Positions 28,961 through 39,563 of a stretch of DNA of 64,000 bases are shown here, piece by piece (within the stretch, counting starts at the first letter, position 1; the number at the start of each line of letters is the position of its first letter). The notes under the pieces are model-generated. The model ran no database searches and was not told where the DNA came from. It was given only the letters and a program-made list of their open reading frames with translations. The position numbers and the translations under genes are program-made. The stretch is from Bacteroidales bacterium (GTDB lineage: Bacteria > Bacteroidota > Bacteroidia > Bacteroidales > WCHB1-69): assembly GCA_017962845.1 (NCBI GenBank), contig JAGCUN010000006.1, positions 2,336-66,335 of the forward strand, read 5' to 3'.

Positions 28961-31900
28961 ATGAAAAAATCATTTTTACCCAAGGCAATTTTCACTTTGG
29001 CGGCTTTTCTTGTCGCCACCTTTGGCACCCTGAAAGGGCAGACCTGGAATCTCGTTGACATCAGTGAGCTCACCTCGACTGATATTTTCGTGATTTTGGA
29101 CACGACCAGCAGTTGTGCCATGATCAACAGCAACGGAAGCGGTTCTGCTCCCACCCCCTATCCCCTCACCTTAAACAGTGACAAAACGGAAATCACGTCA
29201 GTGGTGCCCGATAACTGCAAGTGGAACATCGGAGAAGATGCCACTGGCTATATTTTATACCCCAACGGCACGACAGAAACTTGGCTGTACAGTACCAGCA
29301 CCAACAATGGCATCCGCGTGGGCCCCAACACCAACAAGCATTTCATCATGGAAAGCAATTACCTGAAAAATGTGGAATATGGACGCTACGTGGGCATTTA
29401 CAATGGGGCTGACTGGCGCAGTTACACTTCCATCCACACCAATATCAGCAGCACCCGCACCTGTTTCTTCAGACTTACGGAATCCACGTCGAGCGTTCCA
29501 CGTCCCACCTTCTCGGTGAATACAGGCATCTATTACACCCCGCAAACCGTCACCATCGCATGCGAAGAGCCCGATGCGGTGATTTACTACACACTGGACG
29601 GCACTGAACCTAACGAAAGCTCTTTGGAGTACATTTCTCCCATCACCATCACGCAGACTACCACCCTCAAGGCCATCGCCGTGCTGAATGACGAGAGCAG
29701 TCCGATTGCCACCGCCACCTACACCTTCCCGATTGACGTGGCCGACCTTGCCACCTTGCGCCAAGGGGCTACCGACGGCACGCTGTACCACTACACTGGC
29801 ACGGCCACCGTCACCTTCGCCAACAACACCCGCCACGCCAAATACATCCAGGATGCCACCGCCGCCATCCTCATTGATGACAGCCCAGGACATATTACCA
29901 GCACTTACGTGCAGGGCGACGCCATCACCGGCGTTGTCGGTACCCTTCAGAGCTATCAGGGCATGCTGCAGTTTGTGCCCACCATGGACCCGGGAGTTTC
30001 CGCAGGCGCCGGCAGTGTGATCACCCCTATCGAGCTGACCTGCGATGAGTTACTGGCCGACGCTGAAAGCTACGAGGCCCAGCTCGTCACTCTCACCAAC
30101 GTGGTCATCAACCCCATCAATGTGGACACATTTGCTTACAATAAATATTACAACCTGAATGGGAACACCAATCCCAAGATGGGAGTTCGATACAACGACC
30201 TTGACCTTGTAGGAGAAACCATTCCCACTGTAGCACAGAACATTACTGGCGTTATCTTCGACTACAACGGCACATACGAAATCTTCCCGAGAAGCATGGC
30301 TGACTTGGAGGATTACGAAGACATCCCGATTGTTGACCCGCAGACCTTTTATGTGGCACTGAATGTAGCTGGGAGCGACACCCTTCTCGATACTTTATAT
30401 TATACAGAAGGCGAATCCCCAGTGGGTCTCCCCATGCCTATGACATGCAAGGGATGGGACTTTGCCGGATGGTCATCGGTCGAGTTGGCAGCACCCACCT
30501 CTGATATCAGCGGTATGGACTTGCTTCCTTCCGGTGCATTCACCCCGACGCAGGACACCACATTGTATGCCATTTTTGTAAAAGGATGGGAATTCGCCTC
30601 AAGTCAATTCTACATTATGAGAGAAAACTTTGAGGAGACGGTGACCCCTTACGGCACGCTGGATGCATGGCTCACCATCGACCCCAACGGCATTGACACA
30701 TTGGAAGGTTACTGCGACCTTTATACCAACAACAGTTCCATGCAGATGAATGCCTCCCGTGCGGGCATGTACAACACCCGTCCTGTCAACGGTATCGTCA
30801 CGGGCATCCGCATCGCGGTGGCCAGCACCAGCTCCACCCGCTCCTGGACCCCATACGTGGCCAATGTGCCGCTGACGGAAGAGAACTACCAGACTGCTGG
30901 TACCCCGCTGGAATCCAAGTCCATCGCCGGCGGTGACAACAACTGGTGGGATCTCTCCATCTCCGACAACTACCACTATTTCTATCTCGCCTTCAACACC
31001 TCGGCCGCCTATTTGGACCAAGTGGAAATCGACTACTTCAACCCTGAAGCCGTTAGTTACTTCTCCATCCCCCAACCCGACACCAACATGGTGACCGACA
31101 TGGTGTGCGCTGGTCAGAGCTATTACGACTGGGGATTCTCGATAGATGACCCCGCCACTGGTACCTACTTTGTGGAAATGCCTTCCGAGATTCCCTATTG
31201 CAGCGAAGTGATGCGTTTGGAACTAACTGTAGAAGAGCCTGATACCATCCGCATTGACACTGCCGCCTGTGGAACGGTGGTTATCGCCGGCGACCCCGAC
31301 AGAATCTTTACGGAAACCACCAGCGACACGATCAGTGAGCCCAATCCCATTTACTTCTACGCATGTCCTATCACTACCATCTACAACATCACCATCTATG
31401 AACCAGCCAATGTGAGCCTCAGCATCGACACCTGCGACAGTTACACTTGGGGCGACGATACCTACTATGAGAGTGGTGAATATGTGAAAGAATTCCTGAC
31501 TACGGAGGGCTGCGACAGCATTGTGACCCTGAATCTTACCATCCGTCAAGGGGCGAACTACGAAGAAACCGTAGAAACCTGCGGCTACGAATATGTATGG
31601 ACTTACGCCGGCAATGTCGAGACCTTGACGGCCTCCGACACCTACACCCGCACCATGGCCGGTGAGTTCTGCGACGACACCTACACGTTGCACCTGACGC
31701 TGAACGCGCCCGACACCACCGACCTCTACGCACAGATTTGCAGTGGCGAGACCTACAGCCAGAACGGCTTCAACGAGAGCGAGGCTGGTGACTACGAGTT
31801 AACGCTCACCAATGCCGCTAATTGCGACAGCATTGTGCGTCTGCACCTTGCCGTGGGTTCGGCCACCATTACGGAACTCACCGGCGAGGTGTGCCAGAAC

Positions 31901-34705
31901 ACCCATTATACCGAAAACGGATTCGACATTCTGGCGGAGACTGCCGGCGTTTTCACCCACAGCATGACCATCGAGCGTCCGGGCACCTGCGACAGCATCG
32001 TGAACCTCACGCTGACCGTACGCCCCACTTATTATGAGGAGATCAGCGACGAGACCTGCGGCACCTACACCTGGAACAATACCGAATACACTGAAAGCGG
32101 CATCTATACTTGGAACGGTCAGGCGGCCAACGGCTGCGACAGCACCGTCGTGCTCACCCTCACCATTCACCAACCCGCCACCCTCACCATTACCGACGAA
32201 GCCTGCTCCAGCTACGAATGGAACGGCACCACCTATACGGAAAGTGGCGAATATACCTGGCTGGGACAGACCGCCGACGGCTGCGATTCCACCGTCACGC
32301 TGCAACTCACCATCAACACGCCCGACACCACCGACCTGAATGAAACGGCTGTTGACAGCTATACTTGGAACGAAGAAACCTTCAACGAATCAGGCGATTA
32401 CACTCGCATTTTCACCAACATTCACAACTGCGACTCTGTGGTGAACCTGCACCTGACCATCACCCACAACTACACCGTCACCTTCGATGTGAACGGCAAC
32501 ACCTCGCTGGTGCCGTCTGTCGTCTTCAACACGAATGATGAGCCTCTCGCCCTGCCCACGCCCAGCGGTTGCGGCGCCGTGGAGTTCGCCGGCTGGACGA
32601 CCGACAACACCTTCGGCACTAACAATATGCCCGAACTCATCACCGCCCTCGCCCCGACGAGCGACATTACACTGTATGCAGTCTTCCTGCAGATGCCTGA
32701 ACTCGACAGCATTGTCATCACCCGCGCCAGCTTTGCCACCGTGGCGGGCTACGGCACCCCCGATGAGTGGCAGGCTATTTCAGCCGTTAACGGCACTGCC
32801 ATCACCGGCATCGCCGACATTTACACCAACGATGCCTGCATGCAGATGCGTGGCACTACCGCCCCGCATCCCTACAATGCAACCGAACTGCCCGGCAACA
32901 TCATGTCCATCAGCATCGTAGGAGCCGGCAACGGTTCACCGCGCCCATGGACTCCCTACCTTGCCAACACTCCACTCACAGAGAATAACTACAGTGAAGA
33001 TGGCATATCCCTTAATACCCAAACGGCAGCAGACAATGCTTCTGAAGTGCGCTGGGAGATCACCACACCCGCACGCTACTTCTACCTCAAACTTGGCGGC
33101 AGCGCCGTGTATGTCAGCAACATTACCGTTGTTTACGCTTTAAGCGAAATGACCTATACGTTGGATCCGACCGAGGAGGTGGTGCTCAACGAGAGTATCT
33201 GCAATGGTCAGACTTATACCGATAACATTTTCAATGAAAGTGAAGCGGGCACCTACGAAGCCACCATTCCTGGCGAGGGCTTCTGCGCCACCCATTACAC
33301 CCTTCACCTCACCGTGAACCAGCCTGTTGAGACCGAAATCACCGACGAGGCCTGTGTGACGTATGATTGGAACGGCCAGACCTACAACACCTCTGGCGAT
33401 TACACCGCCACCTTCACCGCCGCCAACGGCTGCGACAGCGTGGTGACGCTGCATCTCACCATTAACCAGCCCGTTGAGAGCGAAATCACCGACGAGGCTT
33501 GTGTCAGCTACGAATGGAACAACCAGACCTACAGCGTGTCTGGCGACTACACCGCTACCTTCACCGCTGCCAACGGTTGCGACAGCGTGGTGACGCTGCA
33601 CCTCACCATCCACCAGCCCGTCGAGAGCGAAATCACCGAAGAGGCTTGCGTCAGCTACGAATGGAACGGTCAGACCTATAACGTGTCTGGTGACTACACC
33701 GCTACCTTCACTGCTGCCAACGGTTGCGACAGCGTGGTGACGCTGCACCTCACCATCCACCAGCCGGTTGAGAGCGAATTTTCCGACGAGGCTTGTGTGA
33801 CGTACACATGGAACGGTCAGACCTACAGCGAGTCGGGTGACTACCCGATGACTCTTACCGCCGCCAACGGTTGCGACAGTGTGGTGACGCTGCATCTCAC
33901 CATCAACCAGCCCGTTGAGAGCGAAATCACCGATGAGGCTTGTGTGACGTACACATGGAACGGTCAGACCTACAGCGAGTCGGGTGACTACCCGATGACC
34001 TTCACCGCCGCCAACGGCTGCGACAGCGTGGTGACGCTGCATCTCACCATCAACCAGCCCGTGACAAGCACCGAGAGTATCACCATCTGTGCCAGCGAGT
34101 TGCCCTACACTTGGAACGACATCGTGTTTGAAGATGAAGGCATGGACAGCGTGACCCTGACGGCAGCCAACGGCTGCGACAGTCTGGTTATCATGACCTT
34201 AACCGTCACCCGTATCAACACAGATGTTGAGACGGAAAACACCACCATTCATGCACTCCAAGAAAACGCCGAATACCAATGGATTAATTGCGAGACGAAC
34301 GAATGGATTGAAAATGCTACTGGACAGGAGTTTGCACCCGAAGCTTCAGGCTCATACGCTTGTATCATCACTTATAACGGATGTGTGGATACCACCGACT
34401 GTGTAGATGTCACGGTCGGCATCAACGAGTACAACACGAATTCTCTCACCCTTTATCCGAATCCCACCACAGGGATTGTCAATGTACAATGTACAATGAA
34501 CAATGTTCAATGGGTGGATGGTGAGATTCAGGTGTTGGATGTGTACGGCAGGGTGTTGGATGTGGTCAATATGGCAGATGCACGCGGTGTATCCCTACAG
34601 ACCGTGCAAATCGATCTGTCGCGTTATTCCTCGGGTGTCTATTTCATTCGCTGGATTGACAAGGACAATGTCATGGGAACAGCCAAGGTGCTGCTGAACC
34701 GATAA
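28961..34705 (+). CDS. Large T9SS-secreted repeat protein (Fn3/chitobiase-C-like, OB-like, InlB-B-like domains, GCDS repeats, type A CTD)
   Basis: Signal peptide; IYYTLDGTEP; many GCDSxVTLxLT repeats; C-terminal LYPNPTTG...GVYFIR...KVL; TACTTTTG box at 28872. Confidence 0.85.
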   Translation: MKKSFLPKAIFTLAAFLVATFGTLKGQTWNLVDISELTSTDIFVILDTTSSCAMINSNGSGSAPTPYPLTLNSDKTEITSVVPDNCKWNIGEDATGYILYPNGTTETWLYSTSTNNGIRVGPNTNKHFIMESNYLKNVEYGRYVGIYNGADWRSYTSIHTNISSTRTCFFRLTESTSSVPRPTFSVNTGIYYTPQTVTIACEEPDAVIYYTLDGTEPNESSLEYISPITITQTTTLKAIAVLNDESSPIATATYTFPIDVADLATLRQGATDGTLYHYTGTATVTFANNTRHAKYIQDATAAILIDDSPGHITSTYVQGDAITGVVGTLQSYQGMLQFVPTMDPGVSAGAGSVITPIELTCDELLADAESYEAQLVTLTNVVINPINVDTFAYNKYYNLNGNTNPKMGVRYNDLDLVGETIPTVAQNITGVIFDYNGTYEIFPRSMADLEDYEDIPIVDPQTFYVALNVAGSDTLLDTLYYTEGESPVGLPMPMTCKGWDFAGWSSVELAAPTSDISGMDLLPSGAFTPTQDTTLYAIFVKGWEFASSQFYIMRENFEETVTPYGTLDAWLTIDPNGIDTLEGYCDLYTNNSSMQMNASRAGMYNTRPVNGIVTGIRIAVASTSSTRSWTPYVANVPLTEENYQTAGTPLESKSIAGGDNNWWDLSISDNYHYFYLAFNTSAAYLDQVEIDYFNPEAVSYFSIPQPDTNMVTDMVCAGQSYYDWGFSIDDPATGTYFVEMPSEIPYCSEVMRLELTVEEPDTIRIDTAACGTVVIAGDPDRIFTETTSDTISEPNPIYFYACPITTIYNITIYEPANVSLSIDTCDSYTWGDDTYYESGEYVKEFLTTEGCDSIVTLNLTIRQGANYEETVETCGYEYVWTYAGNVETLTASDTYTRTMAGEFCDDTYTLHLTLNAPDTTDLYAQICSGETYSQNGFNESEAGDYELTLTNAANCDSIVRLHLAVGSATITELTGEVCQNTHYTENGFDILAETAGVFTHSMTIERPGTCDSIVNLTLTVRPTYYEEISDETCGTYTWNNTEYTESGIYTWNGQAANGCDSTVVLTLTIHQPATLTITDEACSSYEWNGTTYTESGEYTWLGQTADGCDSTVTLQLTINTPDTTDLNETAVDSYTWNEETFNESGDYTRIFTNIHNCDSVVNLHLTITHNYTVTFDVNGNTSLVPSVVFNTNDEPLALPTPSGCGAVEFAGWTTDNTFGTNNMPELITALAPTSDITLYAVFLQMPELDSIVITRASFATVAGYGTPDEWQAISAVNGTAITGIADIYTNDACMQMRGTTAPHPYNATELPGNIMSISIVGAGNGSPRPWTPYLANTPLTENNYSEDGISLNTQTAADNASEVRWEITTPARYFYLKLGGSAVYVSNITVVYALSEMTYTLDPTEEVVLNESICNGQTYTDNIFNESEAGTYEATIPGEGFCATHYTLHLTVNQPVETEITDEACVTYDWNGQTYNTSGDYTATFTAANGCDSVVTLHLTINQPVESEITDEACVSYEWNNQTYSVSGDYTATFTAANGCDSVVTLHLTIHQPVESEITEEACVSYEWNGQTYNVSGDYTATFTAANGCDSVVTLHLTIHQPVESEFSDEACVTYTWNGQTYSESGDYPMTLTAANGCDSVVTLHLTINQPVESEITDEACVTYTWNGQTYSESGDYPMTFTAANGCDSVVTLHLTINQPVTSTESITICASELPYTWNDIVFEDEGMDSVTLTAANGCDSLVIMTLTVTRINTDVETENTTIHALQENAEYQWINCETNEWIENATGQEFAPEASGSYACIITYNGCVDTTDCVDVTVGINEYNTNSLTLYPNPTTGIVNVQCTMNNVQWVDGEIQVLDVYGRVLDVVNMADARGVSLQTVQIDLSRYSSGVYFIRWIDKDNVMGTAKVLLNR
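33317..34051 (+). repeat. Five near-identical 147-bp (49-aa) intragenic tandem repeats
   Basis: Units start at 33317, 33464, 33611, 33758 and 33905 (xQPVESEITDEACVxYxWNGQTY..SGDY...TAANGCDSVVTLHLTI). Confidence 0.92.
34480..34514 (+). repeat. 7-bp tandem repeat (CAATGNN x5) inside the T9SS CTD
   Basis: CAATGTA CAATGTA CAATGAA CAATGTT CAATGGG, encoding NVQCTMNNVQW. Confidence 0.8.
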
Positions 34706-34723
34706 TTGCCATTGTAGGCAATT

Positions 34724-34761
34724 AAAAGGCAGAGGCCATCGAAATGGTTTCTGCCTTTTTT
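34724..34761. terminator. Bidirectional intrinsic terminator
   Basis: AAAAGGCAGAGGCCAT-CGAA-ATGGTTTCTGCCTTTTTT between convergent genes. Confidence 0.88.
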
Positions 34762-34787
34762 ATTTCAAAAAAGAAACGATATCTATC

Positions 34788-35618
34788 TCACTTCACCCGC
34801 AGTTGCCAGAAGGCCACCGCACTGGCCGCCGCTACGTTGAGCGAGTCCACCCCGTGTGCCATCGGAATTTTCACCACATAGTCGCTGCCGGCGATAGTCT
34901 TCCGCGAGAGGCCGTCGCCCTCAGCACCCATGATTACCGCCAACTTTTCCTCCGCTGCCAAGCGAGGGTCGTCGAGTGCTATCGCATTGTCGGCCAGTGC
35001 CATGGCGGCGAGTTTGAACCCTAACGTGCGCAGGCTTTGCGCGGCGGACATAGGCCACTCCTCCGGACGGTTGCAAAGGTATGTCCACGGAATCTGGAAC
35101 ACCGTTCCCATGCTCACGCGCACAGCACGGCGGTTGAGCGGGTCGCAGCAGGTGGGTGTGAGCAGCACCGCCTCGAAGCCGAGGGCCGCCGCCGACCGGA
35201 AGATCGCCCCCACATTGGTGGCATCCACCACGCTGTCGAGCACCACCACGCGGCGCAATCCCGCACACACCTCCTCCACACGCCTTGGTGCCGGCCGCCG
35301 CATGGCACACAACACCCCGCGCGTCAGCGCATAACCCGTCAGCTGCGACAGCAGCTCCGTCGCACCCGTATAGATGGGCACACCCTCAAAGGCACGGATG
35401 AACTCGGCCGCCTGCGTCTCCACAAACTTCCGCTCGGTGAGCAACGCCAGCGGCTCGCAACCCGCCTCCAGCGCCACCCGTATCACCTTCGGACTCTCGG
35501 CAATGAAAATGCCCTTCTCGGGCTCCAACCGGTTGCGCAACTGCGTCTCGGTAAGCCGTGCAAACAGATCCAAGCCGGGATGGTCAAGCGTTTCTATCTC
35601 AATAATTTTCGCAGCCAT
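34788..35618 (-). CDS. TrmH/SpoU family RNA methyltransferase
   Basis: NVGAIFRSAAALG, RVSMG, GAEGDGL, IPMAHGVDSLNVAAA. Confidence 0.93.
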   Translation of the reverse strand: MAAKIIEIETLDHPGLDLFARLTETQLRNRLEPEKGIFIAESPKVIRVALEAGCEPLALLTERKFVETQAAEFIRAFEGVPIYTGATELLSQLTGYALTRGVLCAMRRPAPRRVEEVCAGLRRVVVLDSVVDATNVGAIFRSAAALGFEAVLLTPTCCDPLNRRAVRVSMGTVFQIPWTYLCNRPEEWPMSAAQSLRTLGFKLAAMALADNAIALDDPRLAAEEKLAVIMGAEGDGLSRKTIAGSDYVVKIPMAHGVDSLNVAAASAVAFWQLRVK

Positions 35619-35621
35619 TCC

Positions 35622-36068
35622 CTACCCGTTTCGTTTCGATGCAAAAAAGTCCTTCATCATCTTCTCGCTCTCTTCAGCCAGCACGCCCGTTCTGACCTGC
35701 GTTTTAGGATGCAGCACCGGACGCTCCAAGGTGGTAAAGCCCCGCTTCGGGTCGGAGGCGGCATACACCAAAGTGCCCACCTGCGCCCAGGCGATAGCAC
35801 CTGCACACATCACGCACGGCTCCACCGTAACGTACAAGGTGCAGTCGTTCAGATATTTGGCTCCTAAATGATTGGCAGCAGCCGTTATCGCCTCCATCTC
35901 GGCGTGCGCTGTCACATCGTTGAGCCGCTGTGTATGGTTGTGCCCACGGGCAATCACCTTGTTTTCCATCACCACTACCGCCCCGATAGGCACCTCGCCT
36001 TCCAACAACGCATCGTCAGCCTCGTTGAGGGCCTGCCGCATGAAGTATTCATCATTAAAAATATCCAT
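35622..36068 (-). CDS. tadA: tRNA adenosine(34) deaminase / nucleoside deaminase
   Basis: GEVPIGAVVV, TAHAE, TLYVTVEPCVMCAGA. Confidence 0.88.
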   Translation of the reverse strand: MDIFNDEYFMRQALNEADDALLEGEVPIGAVVVMENKVIARGHNHTQRLNDVTAHAEMEAITAAANHLGAKYLNDCTLYVTVEPCVMCAGAIAWAQVGTLVYAASDPKRGFTTLERPVLHPKTQVRTGVLAEESEKMMKDFFASKRNG

Positions 36069-36089
36069 AAATATCTTATTCTTAAAGAA

Positions 36090-38741
36090 TTATCGAATCA
36101 AAATCTCATCCAAGAAAATATAAGAAGGATAACCCGCTCCGCTGTGACCTGATGGCAGCACACCCGGATTGCGCACCACCACCTTCAAGTTGTCGGTACG
36201 TAACTTCAAACCGGTCAGCACGATAGAACCGAGACGGTCGCCGCCCACCTGGTTGACTTTCACGTGCAGCTTCTTCACCAACTTCTCCTTGCCATCGACG
36301 GTCGTATAGAGCTCCACATCCTGCGGGGCCAGAATCCAGTCGGTATAATGGTGCAGATACGACACTTCCACCTCGCTGATGAGGGTGTCGTGCGACCAGC
36401 GGTAAGTCAGCGTAACATCCTTACCCTGAAATCCTTGCCACTTTCCATCACGATAACTTTCCGAGCCTCGCTCCCCATCGAAAAGGGCATCCTCTCCCCC
36501 ACCGCTATACTCGGGACGATAGGTGCTGTAGCCGCCCGAACTGCTGGCCTGCGCCATCAAACCAAGATGAACATCAAATTTCTTTTCATCATAAACCAAC
36601 TCCTCATCCTGCGCACCACTTCTAACAGCCACTACGCAAGGATGTTGGATGATGAAAGGATGAGTATAAGGCGTTATCGTATTGGTATCATGATCTAACA
36701 TGTAATTGATATAACCATTCGGATTCGGTGTGCTCAATTCCAACAACAGACCTTCCGGCGTGCGTGAAGTGTGGAAAAAGACATGCTGCAGCGATTCATG
36801 TATCTGGCTGATTTGTTGGTCATAATGCTGGTCGGTAACCGACTGCCAGTAGGGACGGTACTCCAAGTTGCGCAAATAGTTGTACCCCTCTTGCAACTTA
36901 TGCAACCATGCCCGCAAATCAGCAGATGACTCTTCCAACTTCTGATAATCTGCCACATCTCTTGTCTGCATATAGTGATACATATCGAAGCGATACTTTT
37001 GGAGCATCACATCGTTCCACATACGGTTGGTGGCCTGCACCGCACAATAGACGAGTTCTGGATTCTCGTACTGCGCCTGTTCGGAAAGGATCAACTGAAG
37101 CAGTTGTATGGTGAACATCAGCGACATACGTTCCTCTTTCACATCGGCCAACGCCTGCTCGGTGAGCAGCGGAGGGAAGAGCTGCCACGGACAAAACCGC
37201 CACATCGAGCCCATCGTGTAAAGTTCCGGTACGGGACTGTCCTGATATTGGGCCAGCACACGCAGGAAGTCGGCGATAATGTTCTCATTATTATAGAAAT
37301 GGAAAAACTGGAAGTTGAAATTAGTATCGAAAACCCAGAGCCGTTCTGCGCGTTCCTGTTCGGCGGCCTCATGCTCCGTAGCATTGATGGGCTTCCAAGA
37401 CATCTCGGCACCCCATCCGAAGGCATGCCACGAGCTATTAAGTAACGCTTCACCAGAATCGTTCCACGCAGTGTTAATCAAGCCTTTAGCTCCTAATTGA
37501 TGTCCATCGCGGGCGAAGTTGGCGATGTTCTTTTCGTAGTCGGGCATCATCGGGAAGACCGTGCTCCACATGCTGTTGCCGGGCACCACCCAGAAGTCGA
37601 AGCCTGCCTCCTTCACCGGACGGATCATCGAACGGAACTCCTCCGACGGCGCATAGCTCCACACCAACATCTGGATATCTTTCGGCAATTTTTCAATTAT
37701 CTTTTTGTCTTTCAGCACAATATCAGCCCACATCAAAGCGGTTTTCTGTCGGGATGCGAGAAAATCGTGCAGCCATATAATATGACGGCTGTATGCCTCC
37801 GATGCCCCTACCTTTTTCACATACTTTTCTGCCTTACCACTCCCCAGTTGCTCAGTTTCGTCACAATTTATGTTAAAAAATGGAGATGAATAGCACGCGG
37901 CTTCCTCATCCAAAATCGTCTTCAGAAAATCATACGTAGCAGGATTGGATGGATCGAGATTGTACTTGCTGTCGGCTAGATGTGCATACTCAGGCAGGGC
38001 GAGTATCTTTTCAAAATGGGCAAAACACTGCTGATTTCCAATTAGTTCTACATAATATTGTTGTGCATACGCCTCCAGCTCACGGATCTCTTCCGCCGAA
38101 AGTCCATCGGCTGGAGCATAGTGATTATGCTGCGATTTGAAAGTGTTTTCGGTATAAAGCGTGAAGCAATTCAACTTAAATTCTGCTAAAATCCGAATCT
38201 GTTTTTTCAAAAAATCCATAGTCGGGATAGGTCCGCGGCTGATATCGTCCATCCAGCCGCGCCACTCCATAGCAGGATAATCAACGATGGTCATGCACGG
38301 AATTTCAACCCGCTGATATTGCGTATGATCCATCCGATAATTGTAACGATAGAGCTGTTTCAGACTTTGCAGACCATAGAAAAGACCTTGTTCGGAACGT
38401 GCCCGAACATGGATGCCCTCTTCTGTCACCACCAACTGATACGCTTGCTGTTCAAATTGCGGAAATTGCAGATTATCAACAATTTCAAAGGAAATTTCAG
38501 CTCCCTTTCCATCATTTGCCACGGTTACTTCGGCTTCGGGCAACTCTTGCAGCTGTTCCACGAAGAAGTCAGTTTGGGCGAAGTTGGCGGGAAAGACGAT
38601 GCGGGGCTGATGCCACACGAAGGTGCCGTTCTGAAGAGTAATTTGTTGCGGCGACGGGATGAGGCCGACGTTCTGGGCGGGGAGCAACAGACCAACAAGA
38701 GTCAGGAGCAGAAAAACGATGAACTGGCGGCGTATCTTCAT
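36090..38741 (-). CDS. GH20 beta-N-acetylhexosaminidase with C-terminal beta-sandwich (F5/8-like) domain
   Basis: Signal peptide; LIPSPQ, GLFYGLQSL.QL, IVDYP..WRGWMDDISRG, catalytic NINCDE, MWAD. Confidence 0.88.
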   Translation of the reverse strand: MKIRRQFIVFLLLTLVGLLLPAQNVGLIPSPQQITLQNGTFVWHQPRIVFPANFAQTDFFVEQLQELPEAEVTVANDGKGAEISFEIVDNLQFPQFEQQAYQLVVTEEGIHVRARSEQGLFYGLQSLKQLYRYNYRMDHTQYQRVEIPCMTIVDYPAMEWRGWMDDISRGPIPTMDFLKKQIRILAEFKLNCFTLYTENTFKSQHNHYAPADGLSAEEIRELEAYAQQYYVELIGNQQCFAHFEKILALPEYAHLADSKYNLDPSNPATYDFLKTILDEEAACYSSPFFNINCDETEQLGSGKAEKYVKKVGASEAYSRHIIWLHDFLASRQKTALMWADIVLKDKKIIEKLPKDIQMLVWSYAPSEEFRSMIRPVKEAGFDFWVVPGNSMWSTVFPMMPDYEKNIANFARDGHQLGAKGLINTAWNDSGEALLNSSWHAFGWGAEMSWKPINATEHEAAEQERAERLWVFDTNFNFQFFHFYNNENIIADFLRVLAQYQDSPVPELYTMGSMWRFCPWQLFPPLLTEQALADVKEERMSLMFTIQLLQLILSEQAQYENPELVYCAVQATNRMWNDVMLQKYRFDMYHYMQTRDVADYQKLEESSADLRAWLHKLQEGYNYLRNLEYRPYWQSVTDQHYDQQISQIHESLQHVFFHTSRTPEGLLLELSTPNPNGYINYMLDHDTNTITPYTHPFIIQHPCVVAVRSGAQDEELVYDEKKFDVHLGLMAQASSSGGYSTYRPEYSGGGEDALFDGERGSESYRDGKWQGFQGKDVTLTYRWSHDTLISEVEVSYLHHYTDWILAPQDVELYTTVDGKEKLVKKLHVKVNQVGGDRLGSIVLTGLKLRTDNLKVVVRNPGVLPSGHSGAGYPSYIFLDEILIR

Positions 38742-38897
38742 AAAAAGAAATATAATGATGCAAAAATACACAATAATTTGCGATTAGACAAATCGAAATA
38801 TACTTTTTCTTCAAAATGGAATAAATTATACTATTTTTGGAAAAAATGTTTTTATTTTGGAATTTTTTGTATTTTTGCAGCATTAAAAATTTGAAGT

Positions 38898-39194
38898 ATG
38901 AGAATATTTTCTAAAAGCACACTAGTTGAGTACTACACAAAAAATCCCCAATCAAAACAGCCTTTGGAGGACTGGTATATTATTACAAGCAAAGCCAATT
39001 GGCAGAACCTGAGCGATATCAGAAAAATGTTTAACAATGTGGACTATGTCGGCAACGATCGATACGTGTTTAACATCAAAGGCAACCATTACCGCCTCGT
39101 TGTCGTGATACGTTTTACAAAAGGAAGGGTTTTCATCCGCTTTGTAGGTACACATGCGGAATACGACAAGATTCAAGACATACAAAACATATAG
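38898..39194 (+). CDS. higB: Type II TA toxin, HigB family
   Basis: DRYVFNIKGNHYRLVV...FIRFVGTHAEYDKI; TATTTTTG box at 38870-38877. Confidence 0.92.
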   Translation: MRIFSKSTLVEYYTKNPQSKQPLEDWYIITSKANWQNLSDIRKMFNNVDYVGNDRYVFNIKGNHYRLVVVIRFTKGRVFIRFVGTHAEYDKIQDIQNI

Positions 39195-39197
39195 ACC

Positions 39198-39563
39198 ATG
39201 GCACAGATAAAAAACGAGGCTGCATACAGAGCTGCACTAAAAAGAATTGACGAATTGCTTCCTCTAACGGGTGATGATGTTCCCGATACTGATCCCAATA
39301 TGCTGGAAATGGATATGTTATGCGATATGGTCGAGGAATACGAGAATATTCATTATCCGATTGGAAAACCTGAATTAGCTGAAGTGATAAGGTTGAGGAT
39401 GTTTGAAAGAGGACTTACGCAAACAGCTGTTGCCCAACTACTTGGAATAAGTCCCTCACGAATGAGCGAACTGATGCATGGGAAATTAGAACCCTCTTAC
39501 CACCTTTCCCGTGACCTTTGTATAAAATTGAATATCGAGCCATCGGTTGTCTTAAATCTATAA
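39198..39563 (+). CDS. higA: Type II TA antitoxin, HigA family (HTH)
   Basis: IKNEAAY..AL.RI.EL...VEEYE..HYPI; C-terminal HTH GLTQ..VA.LLGIS.SRMSE; downstream of the toxin. Confidence 0.9.
   Translation: MAQIKNEAAYRAALKRIDELLPLTGDDVPDTDPNMLEMDMLCDMVEEYENIHYPIGKPELAEVIRLRMFERGLTQTAVAQLLGISPSRMSELMHGKLEPSYHLSRDLCIKLNIEPSVVLNL

Noticed and set aside
33317-34051. CRISPR or non-coding repeat array
   Set aside because: In-frame 147-bp coding repeats within a continuous ORF.
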